From Sciscionella sp. (GTDB lineage Bacteria; Actinomycetota; Actinomycetes; Mycobacteriales; Pseudonocardiaceae): a stretch of 53,071 nt of DNA. The DNA lies in the NCBI GenBank assembly GCA_050700995.1, contig JBOHEL010000001.1, forward strand, positions 1-53,071, read 5' to 3'. This document shows positions 1 to 10,873 of the stretch, piece after piece; the stretch's first letter is position 1, and every line of letters starts with the position of its first letter. Below the pieces are notes generated by a model that was not told the origin of the DNA, did no database searches, and saw only the letters and a program-made list of their open reading frames with translations. A program made the position numbers and the translations under genes.

Positions 1-165
1 ATCTACTACCTTGGCGTGGTCGCGGAGAAGTGGCTGTCACGCTTCTCTTATATCGGACTGATCGTTGCGGTGGTGCTCGGGATAGCGGTGTCCCTGATCA
101 TCAAGAAGAAGACCGGCAAGCTCATCGAAGGCACCGAGGTCGAGCCATCCCCCGCGAAGGACTGA
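1..165 (+). CDS. C-terminal end of a membrane protein (5' part outside window)
   Basis: Frame 1 is open from the window edge to TGA at 163-165. It translates as IYYLGVVAEKWLSRFSYIGLIVAVVLGIAVSLIIKKKTGKLIEGTEVEPSPAKD, a hydrophobic helix followed by a KKK stop-transfer, with GC-rich third positions. Confidence 0.45.
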   Translation: MYYLGVVAEKWLSRFSYIGLIVAVVLGIAVSLIIKKKTGKLIEGTEVEPSPAKD

Positions 166-181
166 GCCGCCCAGGAGGTTT

Positions 182-246
182 AGGTGTCTTCAAGACCCCC
201 CAACCCTGTGGACAACGGTGCGGGTTGGGGGGTCTTGAAGACACCT
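182..246. repeat. Perfect palindromic element, 25-bp stem and 15-nt loop (copy 1)
   Basis: 182-206 AGGTGTCTTCAAGACCCCCCAACCC is the exact reverse complement of 222-246. It lies 16 nt after the upstream stop codon. The right-arm 23-mer recurs at 21091-21113. Confidence 0.9.
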
Positions 247-249
247 GAC

Positions 250-1890
250 CTGATATGGAGAGGCTTTTGTCAAGGGGGCAGGGTGAAGCGGCGCCCTCGA
301 CCGTCGTCGGGGACGCCGTTTCTGTTGACCGCTCGAGTGACAGGTTGGTGGTGGCGTGCGTGTCGTTTCGACGCGTCGTCAACTCTGATATGCGCTGTGA
401 GTCTTGGGGTGGCTGGTCTGGGACTGGCTGGCAGGGTTGGCGGTGGCCGCCTCGTCCTCGGTCGTGACTCTTGATATGCGTGGCTCCTTGCGGATGCCTT
501 GAACCCGACTCGTCCGGCTGGGGACGGGGTGGCCGGCGCCGGCCCGGCCCACCTCGGTGGCTTGATCAGAAGACTGCCCGTCTTCGCCGTTGGCGATGGC
601 GTGGCTCATCACAGTGCTGTCCCGAAGTGACTCCTTCCCGGATCGGCGTCGGCCGCCAGCGGCCGGACCGTATCCGTGTGTCTGGAAGGAGCCCAGCCGC
701 CGTGACCATCGTCGCGCATGCCCACTCGTTCGTCATCGGGGTCGATACCCACGTCCGTTCCCACGCTTTCGCGATCCTGGCCGGTGCCACCGGTGAGCTG
801 GTCGCAAGCGAGCAGTTTCCCGCGACCGTGGCTGGCCTGAGCCGGGCAGTCGGCTGGGTCGCCCGGCGCACCGGCGGTGATCTCGCGGCGTTGTGGGTGA
901 TCGAGGGCGTTGCCACCTACGGCGCCCGCTTGGCGCGGATCGCGGCCGAGGCCAGCTACGAGGTCGTCGAAGCTGGCCGGATGGACGCTCGCGCCCATCG
1001 TGGCACTGGCAAGTCCGATCCACTCGACGCCCGACGGATCGCCGCCTCGGTGCTGTCCCTGGACCGCACCGAGCTGCGTCGTCCCCGCGCTGACAGCGGT
1101 GCGCGGGCTGCGCTGCGGGTGCTGGTGACCGCTCGCGAGCATATGACGACCGAGCGGACCGCCGCGGTCAACGCGCTGACCGCCTTGCTGCGGGTCAGCG
1201 AGCTTGGCATGGACGCCCGCAACGCCTTGACCGGCAAACAGATCACCGCGGTCGCGGGATGGCGGACCCGCGCCGACGAGCTCGCCGTAGCGACCGCCCG
1301 GGCCGAGGCGGTCCGCCTGGCCAAGCGGATTCTGGTCCTCGATGCCGAGCTCGCCGGCAACCAGGCCAACCTGCACGCACTGATCAAAGACAGCAAGGCA
1401 GCGGCACTGCTGGACAAGACCGGCATCGGACCCGTGACCGCCGCGGTCGTCCTCACGGTCTGGTCCCACCCCGGCCGGGTTCGTTCCGAGGCCGCGTTCG
1501 CTGCCCTGGCCGGGGTGAACCCGATCCCCGCCTCGTCGGGGAACACCGTTCGGCACCGGCTCAACCGCGGCGGCGACCGACGCCTGAATCGTGCCCTGCA
1601 CATGGCTGTCATCACTCGCATGACCCACGACCCGGGCACCCGAGCCTACGTCGAACGCCGACGCGCCGAAGGCCGCACCACCAAGGAGATCCGCCGGGCC
1701 CTCAAGCGCTACCTCGCCCGCCAGATCTACCGCACGCTGGAAGCCCTCCATACCGAGCCGACGGCACTTGACGAGACATAGAAGAGTCGGGTTGGGTACC
1801 GCAGGACGGGCTGTTCGGCTGGAGCGGACCGCTCGTCTAACATCGAGCGTGGCCTCCACCCGTGGGCAGGGTTGCTCATAGGTCAGTCGC
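250..1890 (+). mobile_element. IS110-family insertion sequence (ends approximate)
   Basis: Contains the intact IS110-type recombinase gene 702-1781 and about 450 nt of 5' non-coding DNA. I found no clear terminal inverted repeats, which is typical of this family. Boundaries are not determinable from this window alone. Confidence 0.55.
702..1781 (+). CDS. IS110 family transposase/recombinase
   Basis: The N-terminus reads VTIVAHAHSFVIGVDTHVRSHAFAIL (DEDD/RuvC-like start). The C-terminus reads GVNPIPASSGNTVRHRLNRGGDRRLNRALHMAV...RTTKEIRRALKRYLARQIY (Transposase_20-type). I chose the GTG at 702, in frame within the longer 471..1781 ORF. Confidence 0.88.
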   Translation: MTIVAHAHSFVIGVDTHVRSHAFAILAGATGELVASEQFPATVAGLSRAVGWVARRTGGDLAALWVIEGVATYGARLARIAAEASYEVVEAGRMDARAHRGTGKSDPLDARRIAASVLSLDRTELRRPRADSGARAALRVLVTAREHMTTERTAAVNALTALLRVSELGMDARNALTGKQITAVAGWRTRADELAVATARAEAVRLAKRILVLDAELAGNQANLHALIKDSKAAALLDKTGIGPVTAAVVLTVWSHPGRVRSEAAFAALAGVNPIPASSGNTVRHRLNRGGDRRLNRALHMAVITRMTHDPGTRAYVERRRAEGRTTKEIRRALKRYLARQIYRTLEALHTEPTALDET

Positions 1891-1955
1891 GGGTCACTCC
1901 CAGGCGCTGCCGTCACCACCGGCGTCCTCGAGCGGACATCTGTAGGCCGGCGGTG

Positions 1956-3058
1956 TCAGCCGGTGTCGAGCACCGCGAGGGACCAGCACCAGCCGGCGAG
2001 CTCGCGGGCGATCGCGGTATTGGCCACGACTGGGCGCTTGCGGCGCGCATCGAAGGCCTGCCAGCGGGCGTGCAGTCGTCGGTTGGCTTGCTGCCCGCGG
2101 GCACGTGCGGCCGGGGTGGCCGCCCCCCAGCGGCGCCGTAGATCCACTCGGGACGCCGGTAGGGTGCACGGTGGTGCCAGGCCGCTTCGATGATCAGACG
2201 GCGCGCGTGGGTGTTGCCGGTCTTGGTGATCCCACCCAGCGAGCGGGAGGCACCCGAGGAGGATTCGGTGGGCACCAAACCCAGGTAGGCGCCGATGGAG
2301 CGGCCGGTCAGCCGCTGCCAATCGCCGATCTCCACGGCCAGTCCGAACGCGGTCAGCGTTGAGACCCCGCGCAGGCAGCTCAGTCGGGTCACCACCGGTG
2401 TGTAAGGGCTGTCTGCGGCCATCTCGGCGATCGCCTTATCCAGCCGGGCACGGCGATCCACCGTCGTCAGCATGGTCTCATAGACGGTGTCGTAGGTCAG
2501 TTGCAACGCCGGCGACTCAAACCGCTGGCTACGCAGCCACACATCGTGCACCCCGGTCCACGCCGTCCCGCCGGAATAGACAATCCCCTGTCGCAGCAAC
2601 AACTTCGACACCCGATGCCGCGCCGACATCAGATCCCCCCGCACGTCCTCACGGGCCCGCACCAGATCCCGCGCAGCCTCGGTCTGCGCTGTCGGAATCG
2701 CCACCGCGACGATCTCACCCAGGTGCAACAGGCGTGCCAAATGCCGGGCATCACGGGCCTCGGTCTTGACTCGGTCTCCGCTGGGCCGCTGCAGCTTCGA
2801 TGGGGCCGCCACCAGACACATGATCCCGGCTGCGATCAAAAATCGTGCCAGTACGAAGCCGGTCGGACCGGCCTCGTAGGTCACCGTCACCCGCCCCGGC
2901 AAACCACGGATCCAGTCAAGGATGTCCTGGTGATCCGGTGTCAACCGCCGCTCAAACAGCTCACCGGTCTGCCCGTCCAGACCACACGCCACAACCGACC
3001 GTGCGTGCACATCCAGCCCAACACTCGTACCCTGACCACTCACTGGGGCCTCCCACAT
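1956..3058 (-). pseudogene. IS110 family transposase, frameshifted (second, unrelated copy)
   Basis: The N-terminal 300 aa (GLDVHARSVVACGLD...GITKTGNTHARRLIIEAAWHHRAPYR) are in the frame of ORF 1913..3058. The conserved C-terminus (LRRRWGAATPAARARGQQANRRLHARWQAFDARRKRPVVANTAIARELAGWCWSLAVLD) is in the frame of ORF 1956..2321. The switch lies near 2150-2160. Confidence 0.8.
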
Positions 3059-3138
3059 CTTATGGCTCTACCGGCCAGGACCACCCTGTCGGCAACCCAC
3101 GATCACATGTGCGCGAGGCCCCAGCCTCCCCATACCGT

Positions 3139-4983
<1,845 letters not shown>

Positions 4984-5079
4984 TCAGACCCCGTCGCGGC
5001 GGCGAAGCAGGAGGCTACGTGTCACGATTCTGAGGTTACCGGCATTGTCGTAGATCTCCAACCGCGGGTCGTCATCCAT
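4984..5079 (-). promoter_or_regulatory. Candidate leuA leader peptide ORF (31 aa, contains LLL)
   Basis: Minus-strand ATG at 5079. The product is MDDDPRLEIYDNAGNLRIVTRSLLLRRRDGV, with the stop at 4986-4984, 78 nt upstream of the leuA start. The CTC CTG CTT run (5013-5006) is complementary to the leuA SD AGCAGGAG (4921-4914). A GC-rich bulged hairpin overlaps the stop codon. There is no convincing SD in front of the ATG. Confidence 0.4.
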
Positions 5080-5132
5080 TTGTTGTTACTCGCGCGTAGC
5101 GTGCGGCTGCGGCACGTGTAACACTCCTGCCT

Positions 5133-5507
5133 ATGGCACACGAGGACGAGGCACAACGCACCCAGCACATCGAGGCCTCCGAGCAGACACGGCGGCAACC
5201 GCGACGTGATCCCGCCAAGGTGCGTGCCCAGGTCATCGGCCTGATCGCCGACATCATCCGGTGGGTTGGGCTGCTCTTCGCGGTGGTGCTTGTGGTGTTC
5301 ATCATTCTCACCATCGGTGGGGCCAACCCGAGCAACGGCATCACCACATTCGTCGGGAACTGGGCGGACACCATCTCCCTCGGCTTCAAGGACCTGTTCA
5401 CACCCGACGACGCGAAGCTGCGGGTGCTGGTGAACTACGGCATCGCGGCGATCTTCTGGCTCGTGGTCACGATGATTATCGCGAAGCTGCTGCGCCGCGC
5501 CGCCTGA
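5133..5507 (+). CDS. Small integral membrane protein (2 TM), unknown function
   Basis: 124 aa with a charged N-terminus followed by VIGLIADIIRWVGLLFAVVLVVFIILTIGG and YGIAAIFWLVVTMIIAKLL. Codon usage is good. Confidence 0.6.
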   Translation: MAHEDEAQRTQHIEASEQTRRQPRRDPAKVRAQVIGLIADIIRWVGLLFAVVLVVFIILTIGGANPSNGITTFVGNWADTISLGFKDLFTPDDAKLRVLVNYGIAAIFWLVVTMIIAKLLRRAA

Positions 5508-5572
5508 GTAGCCGTAAGTACTTTCGCACGTTATAGCGTAGGAAAGTACTCACGACAGGTCGGAGGCACCTC

Positions 5573-6535
5573 ATGGGCACGTGGCTCACGGAACGGTTCT
5601 CGCTGCGGGTTCCGCTTGTCGGTGCTCCCATGGCGGGGCCGAGCGGCGGCGAACTGGCTGCGGCGATCTCGCGGGCGGGTGGGCTCGGCATGATCGGCGC
5701 AGGCGCGGCGGCCAGCCCGCAGTGGATCACCGAGCAGGCGCGCGCCGCCGAGGGCACCAGGTTTGGGATCGGTTTGATGGCCTGGTCGTTGCCGGACAAC
5801 CCCGGCCAGTTGGACGCCGTGATCGCGGCGCGCCCCGTGCTGGTGTCGGTGAGCTACGGTGACTATCAACGATACGTTAAACCCTTGCAGGAGAACGGGA
5901 TCGCCGTCGCCACCCAGTCGGGGACGGTGGCCGACGCACGTGCCGCGGAGCAGGCCGGCGTCGATCTGGTCGTGGCGCGCGGCGGTGAAGCGGGCGGGCA
6001 CGGTCGGGACACGGTAGCGACGCTGCCGCTGCTGCAGGCGGTGCTGGACGCGATCGAGGCTCCGGTGCTCGCGGCCGGTGGTATCGCGACCGGGCGGGGG
6101 CTGGCCGCGGTACTCGCGGCTGGAGCGGCGGGCGCCTGGGTCGGCACCGCGTTCCTGGCGTGCACCGAAGCGGCGAACACTGCCGAGGCGCGCGCGCGGG
6201 TGCTGGCCTCGGATGCCGGTGACACCGCGTACGGCAGGGTGTTCGACATCGGGCAGCGCCTCGGGTGGCCGCCGGAGTTCGGCGGCAGGGCGTTGCGCAA
6301 CGATTTCTTCCAGCGCTGGTCTGGGCGAGAGGATGAGCTCGCGGCGGATCATGACGCTCAGGCTGAGCTGGTCGAGGCCAAGCGGTCCGGCGATTTCGAC
6401 ACCGCCTATATCTACGCTGGTCAGTCGGTGGGTCTGCTGCGCGAGCAGCGGCCTGCCGCGCAAGTCGTCGCCGAACTAGCTAGCGCAGCCGATCTGCTGC
6501 GCAGCGCCGCGGGCAGCATCCGCCGTGACAGCTGA
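5573..6535 (+). CDS. Nitronate monooxygenase (NMO / 2-nitropropane dioxygenase family)
   Basis: Contains VPLVGAPMAGPSGGELAAAISRAGGLGMIGAG, GVDLVVARGGEAGGH and AAGGIATGRGLAAVLAAGAAGAWVGTAF. Confidence 0.85.
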   Translation: MGTWLTERFSLRVPLVGAPMAGPSGGELAAAISRAGGLGMIGAGAAASPQWITEQARAAEGTRFGIGLMAWSLPDNPGQLDAVIAARPVLVSVSYGDYQRYVKPLQENGIAVATQSGTVADARAAEQAGVDLVVARGGEAGGHGRDTVATLPLLQAVLDAIEAPVLAAGGIATGRGLAAVLAAGAAGAWVGTAFLACTEAANTAEARARVLASDAGDTAYGRVFDIGQRLGWPPEFGGRALRNDFFQRWSGREDELAADHDAQAELVEAKRSGDFDTAYIYAGQSVGLLREQRPAAQVVAELASAADLLRSAAGSIRRDS

Positions 6536-6554
6536 GTCGGCGGCCGGCTTCACG

Positions 6555-7088
6555 ATGCGATCTGTCACATTCCGGACTGCCGCGCTGGCGGACGCCGACG
6601 CGCTGGTGCGCTTGATCGAATCGGCATACCGCGGTGAGGCCAGTCGCAAGGGGTGGACCACGGAGGCCGATCTACTCGGCGGGCAGCGTACCGACAGCGC
6701 CGAGGTGAGCGCCCTGCTCTGCGAACCGAAGAGCCGTTTCCTGCTGGCGGTGCGGGACGGCGAGATCATCGGTTGCGCGCACCTGATGCGCGCCGAGGCG
6801 CATGGCTACTTCGGGCTGTTCGCGGTGAGTCCGCTGGTGCAAGGTGGCGGGGTCGGCAGCGCCCTGTTGGCCGCGGCGGAACACCTGGTCCGGGTGGAGT
6901 GGCGGTTGGCGGAAGTGCGGATGCAGGTGATCTCCGTGCGCGAGGATCTGATCGCCTATTACCTGCGGCGCGGGTACCGGGGCACCGGAAGGTATAGCCC
7001 GTTTCCCTACGGTGACGAGCGGTTCGGGCGGCCGAGGCGGGATGATCTGCGGTTCGAATTGCTGATCAAGGAATTGCGCGCGGCGTAG
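6555..7088 (+). CDS. GNAT family N-acetyltransferase
   Basis: Acetyl-CoA motif FAVSPLVQGGGVGSALLAAAE. ATG at 6555. An upstream GTG at 6525 that overlaps the NMO stop is an alternative start. Confidence 0.8.
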   Translation: MRSVTFRTAALADADALVRLIESAYRGEASRKGWTTEADLLGGQRTDSAEVSALLCEPKSRFLLAVRDGEIIGCAHLMRAEAHGYFGLFAVSPLVQGGGVGSALLAAAEHLVRVEWRLAEVRMQVISVREDLIAYYLRRGYRGTGRYSPFPYGDERFGRPRRDDLRFELLIKELRAA

Positions 7089-7171
7089 TGGCAGGCGCCA
7101 CACGGCCGGGGTACTGGCGGCGTCGTTCCGGGTATCCTGCTTGAAACACCCCACCGAGGAGGTTGGAGTCC

Positions 7172-8437
7172 GTGGCGCTCGTCGTCCAGAAGTACGGCGG
7201 TTCCTCATTGGAGAATGCCGACCGCATCAAACGGGTCGCCGAGCGGATCGTCGCCACCAAGAAGGCGGGTAATGCCGTGGTCGTGGTGTGTTCGGCGATG
7301 GGCGACACCACCGATGAGTTGCTGGAGCTCGCTCAGGAAGTGAACCCGGCCCCGCCGGAGCGCGAGATGGACATGCTGTTGACCGCGGGCGAGCGGATCT
7401 CGAACTCGCTGGTGGCGATGGCGATCTCCGCCCAGGGGGCGGAGGCATGGTCGTTCACCGGTTCGCAGGCGGGCGTGCTGACGACATCCGCGCACGGCAA
7501 TGCGCGCATTATCGACGTGACGCCGGGACGGGTGCAGGAGGCCCTCGACGAGGGCTACGTCGCGCTGGTCGCCGGTTTCCAGGGTGTCGCGCCGGACACC
7601 AAGAACATCACCACGCTGGGTCGGGGCGGTTCCGACACGACAGCGGTGGCGCTCGCCGCGGCGCTGGATGCGGATGTCTGCGAGATCTACTCCGACGTCG
7701 ACGGCGTCTATACCGCCGATCCGCGCATCGTGCCGGATGCCAGGCGGCTCGATGCGGTGCCCTACGAGGAGATGCTGGAGTTGGCTGCGTCGGGCGCGAA
7801 GATCCTGCACCTGCGCTCGGTGGAGTACGCCCGCCGTTACGGCGTACCGCTCAGGGTCCGCTCGTCTTACAGCGATAGGCCAGGAACGTTGGTTTCTGGT
7901 TCAGTGGAGGACATTCCCGTGGAACAAGCTTTGATCACCGGTGTCGCGCACGACCGGTCGGAGGCCAAGATCACCGTCACCGGAGTTCCCGACCATACTG
8001 GTGTCGCGGCCCGCATTTTCCGGATTGTGGCCGACAATGAGATCGATATCGACATGGTGCTGCAGAACGTGTCGAATACGTCTTCAGGTCGGACCGATAT
8101 CACCTTCACGCTATCGAAGTCCAACGGCCCGAAGGGCGTTTCGGCGTTGGAGAGCGCGAAGGAGGAGCTGGGTTTCGCCCAGGTACTTTACGATGACCAT
8201 GTCGGCAAGGTTTCCCTTGTGGGAGCGGGTATGCGCTCCCATCCGGGCGTTACGGCCACGTTCTGCGAGGCGCTGGCGAAGGCCGGCGTGAACATCGAGA
8301 TCATCAACACCTCGGAGATCCGGATCTCGGTGTTGATCCGTGACACCGAGCTTGACGACGCGGTACGTGCGATTCACAACGCGTTCGAACTCGGCGGCGA
8401 CGAGCAGGCCGTGGTTTATGCGGGGAGTGGTCGTTGA
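7172..8437 (+). CDS. ask: Aspartate kinase
   Basis: Contains [27 protein letters not shown] and two C-terminal ACT domains. GTG at 7172 lies 10 nt after GAGGAGG. An in-frame GTG at 7904 is the usual position of the beta-subunit start. Confidence 0.95.
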   Translation: MALVVQKYGGSSLENADRIKRVAERIVATKKAGNAVVVVCSAMGDTTDELLELAQEVNPAPPEREMDMLLTAGERISNSLVAMAISAQGAEAWSFTGSQAGVLTTSAHGNARIIDVTPGRVQEALDEGYVALVAGFQGVAPDTKNITTLGRGGSDTTAVALAAALDADVCEIYSDVDGVYTADPRIVPDARRLDAVPYEEMLELAASGAKILHLRSVEYARRYGVPLRVRSSYSDRPGTLVSGSVEDIPVEQALITGVAHDRSEAKITVTGVPDHTGVAARIFRIVADNEIDIDMVLQNVSNTSSGRTDITFTLSKSNGPKGVSALESAKEELGFAQVLYDDHVGKVSLVGAGMRSHPGVTATFCEALAKAGVNIEIINTSEIRISVLIRDTELDDAVRAIHNAFELGGDEQAVVYAGSGR

Positions 8438-9513
8438 TGAGTGACGTGCGCAAGCCGACGTTGGCACTGGTGGGTGCGACCGGTGCGGTCGGCAGCGTGA
8501 TGATCGGCATCCTGGATGCGCGGGAAACCGTGCCGTGGGGCGAGATCCGGTTGATCGCTTCGGCAAGGTCGGCAGGCAAGAAGCTGCGGGTGCGCGGTGA
8601 GGAGTTGACCGTCGTCGCGCTCTCGGAGCAGGCGTTCGACGGCGTGGACGTCGCGATGTTCGACGTGCCCGACGAGATCTCCGCGCAGTGGGCGCCCGTC
8701 GCGGCCTCCTGCGGCGCGGTGGCGGTGGACAACTCCGGTGCGTTCCGGATGGATCCCGAGGTGCCGCTTGTGGTGCCGGAGGTCAACGTCGAGAAGATCC
8801 GTGACCGTCCTCAAGGGATCATCGCTAACCCTAACTGCACCACGCTTTCGATGATGGCAGCGCTCGGTGCCGTGCACCGGGAGTTCGGGCTTACCGAGTT
8901 GGTGGTGGCCTCTTACCAGGCGGTGTCGGGTTCCGGCAAGGAGGGCGTCGACCGGCTCTACGCCGAACTGTCCGCGGTCGCCGGAAAGCCCGTCGGCGTG
9001 CGCGCAGGAGACGTGCGGGAGACCCTTGAGGGGGCGGGCCTGCCGATCTCGGATTCGCCCTTCCCAGGGCCGGTTGCCATGAACGTGGTGCCCTCGGCCG
9101 GTTCGCTGAAGGAGGACGGCTGGTTCTCCGAGGAGTTGAAGGTACGCAACGAGTCCCGCAAGATCCTGGGCATCCCGGATCTGAAGGTCTCCGCGACCTG
9201 CGTGCGGGTGCCGGTGCTGACCACCCATTCGCTTGCGGTGCACGCGACGTTCGCCCGCGAGGTCACGGTGGAGGCGGCGCGCAAGGTGTTCTCATCGCAG
9301 CCTTCGGTTGAGCTGGTCGACGATCCAGCGAACGGCAAGTTCCCGATGCCTGCCGACGTGGTCGGCGGCGATCCGACCTATGTCGGCCGTATCCGCCAGG
9401 CGCTGGACTTCCCGAACACGCTGGACTTCTTCGCCTGCGGCGACAACCTGCGTAAGGGTGCCGCCCTCAACACCTACGAGATCGCCGAGGCCCTCGCCCT
9501 CGAGTTCAGCTGA
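8437..9513 (+). CDS. asd: Aspartate-semialdehyde dehydrogenase
   Basis: Contains [14 protein letters not shown] and [13 protein letters not shown] (active-site Cys). The start forms an ATGA overlap with the ask stop. Confidence 0.95.
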   Translation: MSDVRKPTLALVGATGAVGSVMIGILDARETVPWGEIRLIASARSAGKKLRVRGEELTVVALSEQAFDGVDVAMFDVPDEISAQWAPVAASCGAVAVDNSGAFRMDPEVPLVVPEVNVEKIRDRPQGIIANPNCTTLSMMAALGAVHREFGLTELVVASYQAVSGSGKEGVDRLYAELSAVAGKPVGVRAGDVRETLEGAGLPISDSPFPGPVAMNVVPSAGSLKEDGWFSEELKVRNESRKILGIPDLKVSATCVRVPVLTTHSLAVHATFAREVTVEAARKVFSSQPSVELVDDPANGKFPMPADVVGGDPTYVGRIRQALDFPNTLDFFACGDNLRKGAALNTYEIAEALALEFS

Positions 9514-9586
9514 AAGTGGCTCTTGTTCCAAAGAGGGGAACGAGAGCCACTTTCAGGACGCTCTTTTACACAAGAGCCACTTTCAG
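9512..9586. terminator. Three-armed bidirectional hairpin terminator between asd and the MFS gene
   Basis: GAAAGTGGCTCTTGTTCC (9512-9529) pairs with GGAACGAGAGCCACTTTC (9537-9554). A third arm, CAAGAGCCACTTTCAG, sits at 9571-9586. The element lies between two convergent stop codons. Confidence 0.6.
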
Positions 9587-9588
9587 CA

Positions 9589-10791
9589 TCATCCCCGCAG
9601 GGCTGCGGTAGTCGGCAGGGTGGTGCGGCGGAGCAGGAGCGCGGTGAGCATGGCGACGAGGACACCCCCGAGGCCCGCGACGGCGAACGCCCAGCCGATG
9701 CCGGCGTGGTCGACGGTGGTGCCTATCAGCGGTGAACCCAGCGCCGCGCCGATGGTTGTCGCCGATGCGGACAGTCCCATCGCCTCACCGCGTGCGGCGG
9801 GTGGCGCGAGCTTGGCGATGCCGTCATTCGTGGCGGCCAGCGTCGGCGCGCACACCAGGTTGGTGGGGATCAGTGCGAGCGCCAGCAGCCACCAGCTACC
9901 GCCGAGCAGGCCGACCGGTATGACCAGCAGGCCGAGCACACCCATCAGCATCGCAGGCCGGTACTCCCTGGTCAGGCCGCCGTAGATCAGGCCGCCGATG
10001 CCGGAAGCGGCGGCCATCACGATCGTCACCGCGCCGGTCCAGCCGACCTGGCCGATCTCACGCAGCGCGGCGACCACCGCCACCTCCGTGCCTGCGAGCG
10101 CGAAGATCGCGCCGAACACGGTCAGCATAAGGCCGAGCATCGGCCCGCGCAGCCAACTGGAACGCGGCGGCCGCTCTCCGCTCGCGGATTCCTCGCGGAT
10201 CGGCGGGTTGAGGGCGTAGAGCGCCGCACCCATGATCAGCAGGCCCGCACCTACCGCCATCATCGCGAGGTTGGTGGAAACCCTGGTGGCAAGCAGTATG
10301 CCGAGTGCGGGCCCTGCCGCGTAGGAGATCTCCACCGAGATGGAGTCCATCGAGAACGCGGTGCGGCGCTGCTCCTCGGGCACCACGGCCGCGAGTGCCT
10401 GCCTGCCGAGCGACATGACAGGCAGTGACAACACCCCGGCGCCGAACGCGCAGAGCAGCAGTCCGGTGTAAGGCAGCGTCCAGCCGAACAGCCAGAACGA
10501 GGCTTCGCACAGGGTGGTCACCGCGACGGTGGGGCGCAGCCCGTAGGAGTCGACCAGCCGCCCAGCCAGCGGTGCACCGACCGCGATGCCGATGGTGCCC
10601 GCCGCACCGACGAGTCCTGCCGCGCCGTAGCCGTGGTGCAGGCCGAGCACCACATGCAGCGTCAGCACCATCCCGGTCGCGGTGATGGGTATCCGCGCGA
10701 GGAGCACCAGCAGCATCAGAATGCGCACGCCGGGCAGCGCGAGCACGCGACGGTAGGGGTCGATCCGCACGGCATCTATAGGACCGCACAA
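9589..10791 (-). CDS. MFS transporter
   Basis: 400 aa with about 12 hydrophobic helices and the motifs PLAGRLVDSYGLRP (MFS motif A-like) and YRRVLALPGVR. The TTG at 10791 is the ORF start. GTG at 10770 is an alternative. Confidence 0.85.
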   Translation of the reverse strand: MCGPIDAVRIDPYRRVLALPGVRILMLLVLLARIPITATGMVLTLHVVLGLHHGYGAAGLVGAAGTIGIAVGAPLAGRLVDSYGLRPTVAVTTLCEASFWLFGWTLPYTGLLLCAFGAGVLSLPVMSLGRQALAAVVPEEQRRTAFSMDSISVEISYAAGPALGILLATRVSTNLAMMAVGAGLLIMGAALYALNPPIREESASGERPPRSSWLRGPMLGLMLTVFGAIFALAGTEVAVVAALREIGQVGWTGAVTIVMAAASGIGGLIYGGLTREYRPAMLMGVLGLLVIPVGLLGGSWWLLALALIPTNLVCAPTLAATNDGIAKLAPPAARGEAMGLSASATTIGAALGSPLIGTTVDHAGIGWAFAVAGLGGVLVAMLTALLLRRTTLPTTAALRG

Positions 10792-10873
10792 TGGTACGAC
10801 CGTGCAACTTATTTGCCTGAGAGGCTGCCCACCTTCCTATGACACCGTGAGTGGGTGGGCGGCAGGCCTCTGA

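Noticed and set aside
1875-1885. TGACCTATGAG (reverse strand) as a terminal inverted repeat matching TGACCTGATATGGAG at 246-260.
   Set aside because: A 7-nt core match in this search space is expected by chance roughly one time in three. I kept it only as a weak hint inside the IS finding, not as a feature.
609-1919. A 436-aa ORF antisense to the IS110 transposase, plus many similar long antisense or off-frame ORFs in the track. Examples are 38975..40984 (-), 18919..20253 (+), 8416..9243 (-), 36300..37622 (-) and 14872..15741 (+).
   Set aside because: They lie opposite or out of frame to genes with clear family motifs. Their products are Arg/Gly/Pro/Ala-rich low-complexity sequence, typical of stop-codon-poor frames in 70% GC DNA.
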